A stretch of DNA of 64,000 nt from assembly GCA_964016885.1 (NCBI GenBank), contig OZ024743.1:325376001-325440000 (forward strand), in the 5' to 3' direction. Source of the stretch: Eledone cirrhosa. Taxonomy: Eukaryota. Made by a program: the position numbers and the translations under genes. Positions 63,401 through 64,000 of the stretch are shown one piece after another. A model generated the notes under the pieces. The model was not told the DNA's origin and ran no database searches. It saw only the letters and a list, made by a program, of their open reading frames with translations. Within the stretch, counting starts at the first letter, position 1. Each line of letters begins with the position of its first letter.

Positions 63401-63747
63401 GTAAGAAATACACAGTATTGTTATCATTAATGACTCAGACTTGTGTGTGGCCCAGTGGTTAGAGTTTCTGGATTGTGATGTGAGATCTAACTAGAGATCT
63501 AATGATTGTGAAGTGAACTGCTTAACCATTCAGTCAGCATCTACCAAGAAGATTGACTATGCTAGCAAAGGCAGAACCATTGAGTTAACTCAGTGGTTGT
63601 ATACCAACATCCTTTGGTACTGACCAGACCAGACATGGAGGCAGCATTAATTTCTGATTCAAACACAAGGTTTCATGTTTATGAAAGAGGAAGAATGAGA
63701 TATGATATTTATATCTTTCTCAAAGGTCTCTGTAATGTTAATAAAGT

Positions 63748-63937
63748 AATTGTTTCTACGTTAGGCACAAGGCCAGCAATTACCCAGTGCATTACTGGTA
63801 CTTTATTTTATTGACCCCGTAAGGATGAAATGCAAAGTCAACCTTGGCGGGATTTGAACTCAGATCGTAAAGGGACGTAACTATGCTGGAAAGCATGGCG
63901 TCCGACCCTCTACCAATACTGCCAATCCACCGCCCTT
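63748..63937 (-). mobile_element. Family-A SINE (only minus-strand copy seen)
   Basis: Reverse complement of the family-A consensus. Confidence 0.85.
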
Positions 63938-64000
63938 AATAAAGTAATATAATGCCTCTGAAGACCTGATTTTTTTGTTGTAAGGGCTAACTTTATGATG

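Overview
Repeat-rich, AT-rich animal genomic DNA. The SINE families, RTE/CR1 LINEs and (ATC)n/(TA)n microsatellites suggest a coleoid cephalopod such as Octopus; this is inference only. One host gene is readable on the + strand: a TTC16-like tetratricopeptide-repeat gene with 8 phase-compatible GT-AG exons from 20357 to 63400, probably continuing past the window. Its ~23.8-kb intron (20539-44376) is almost entirely a 38-bp satellite (~597 units) with higher-order structure, which appears to have grown inside a TTAA-type MITE. The rest is nested mobile DNA: two tRNA-SINE families, RTE, CR1, Tx1/L1 and CRE-like LINE fragments, two tandem non-autonomous Helitrons, TIR elements, foldback elements and several minisatellites. 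The most notable hidden signal is five type-I hammerhead ribozyme folds in two Penelope/retrozyme-like families, with compensatory base changes and inverted-repeat architecture. Most ORF-track entries are microsatellite or TE artefacts. All calls were made by eye, with no database search.
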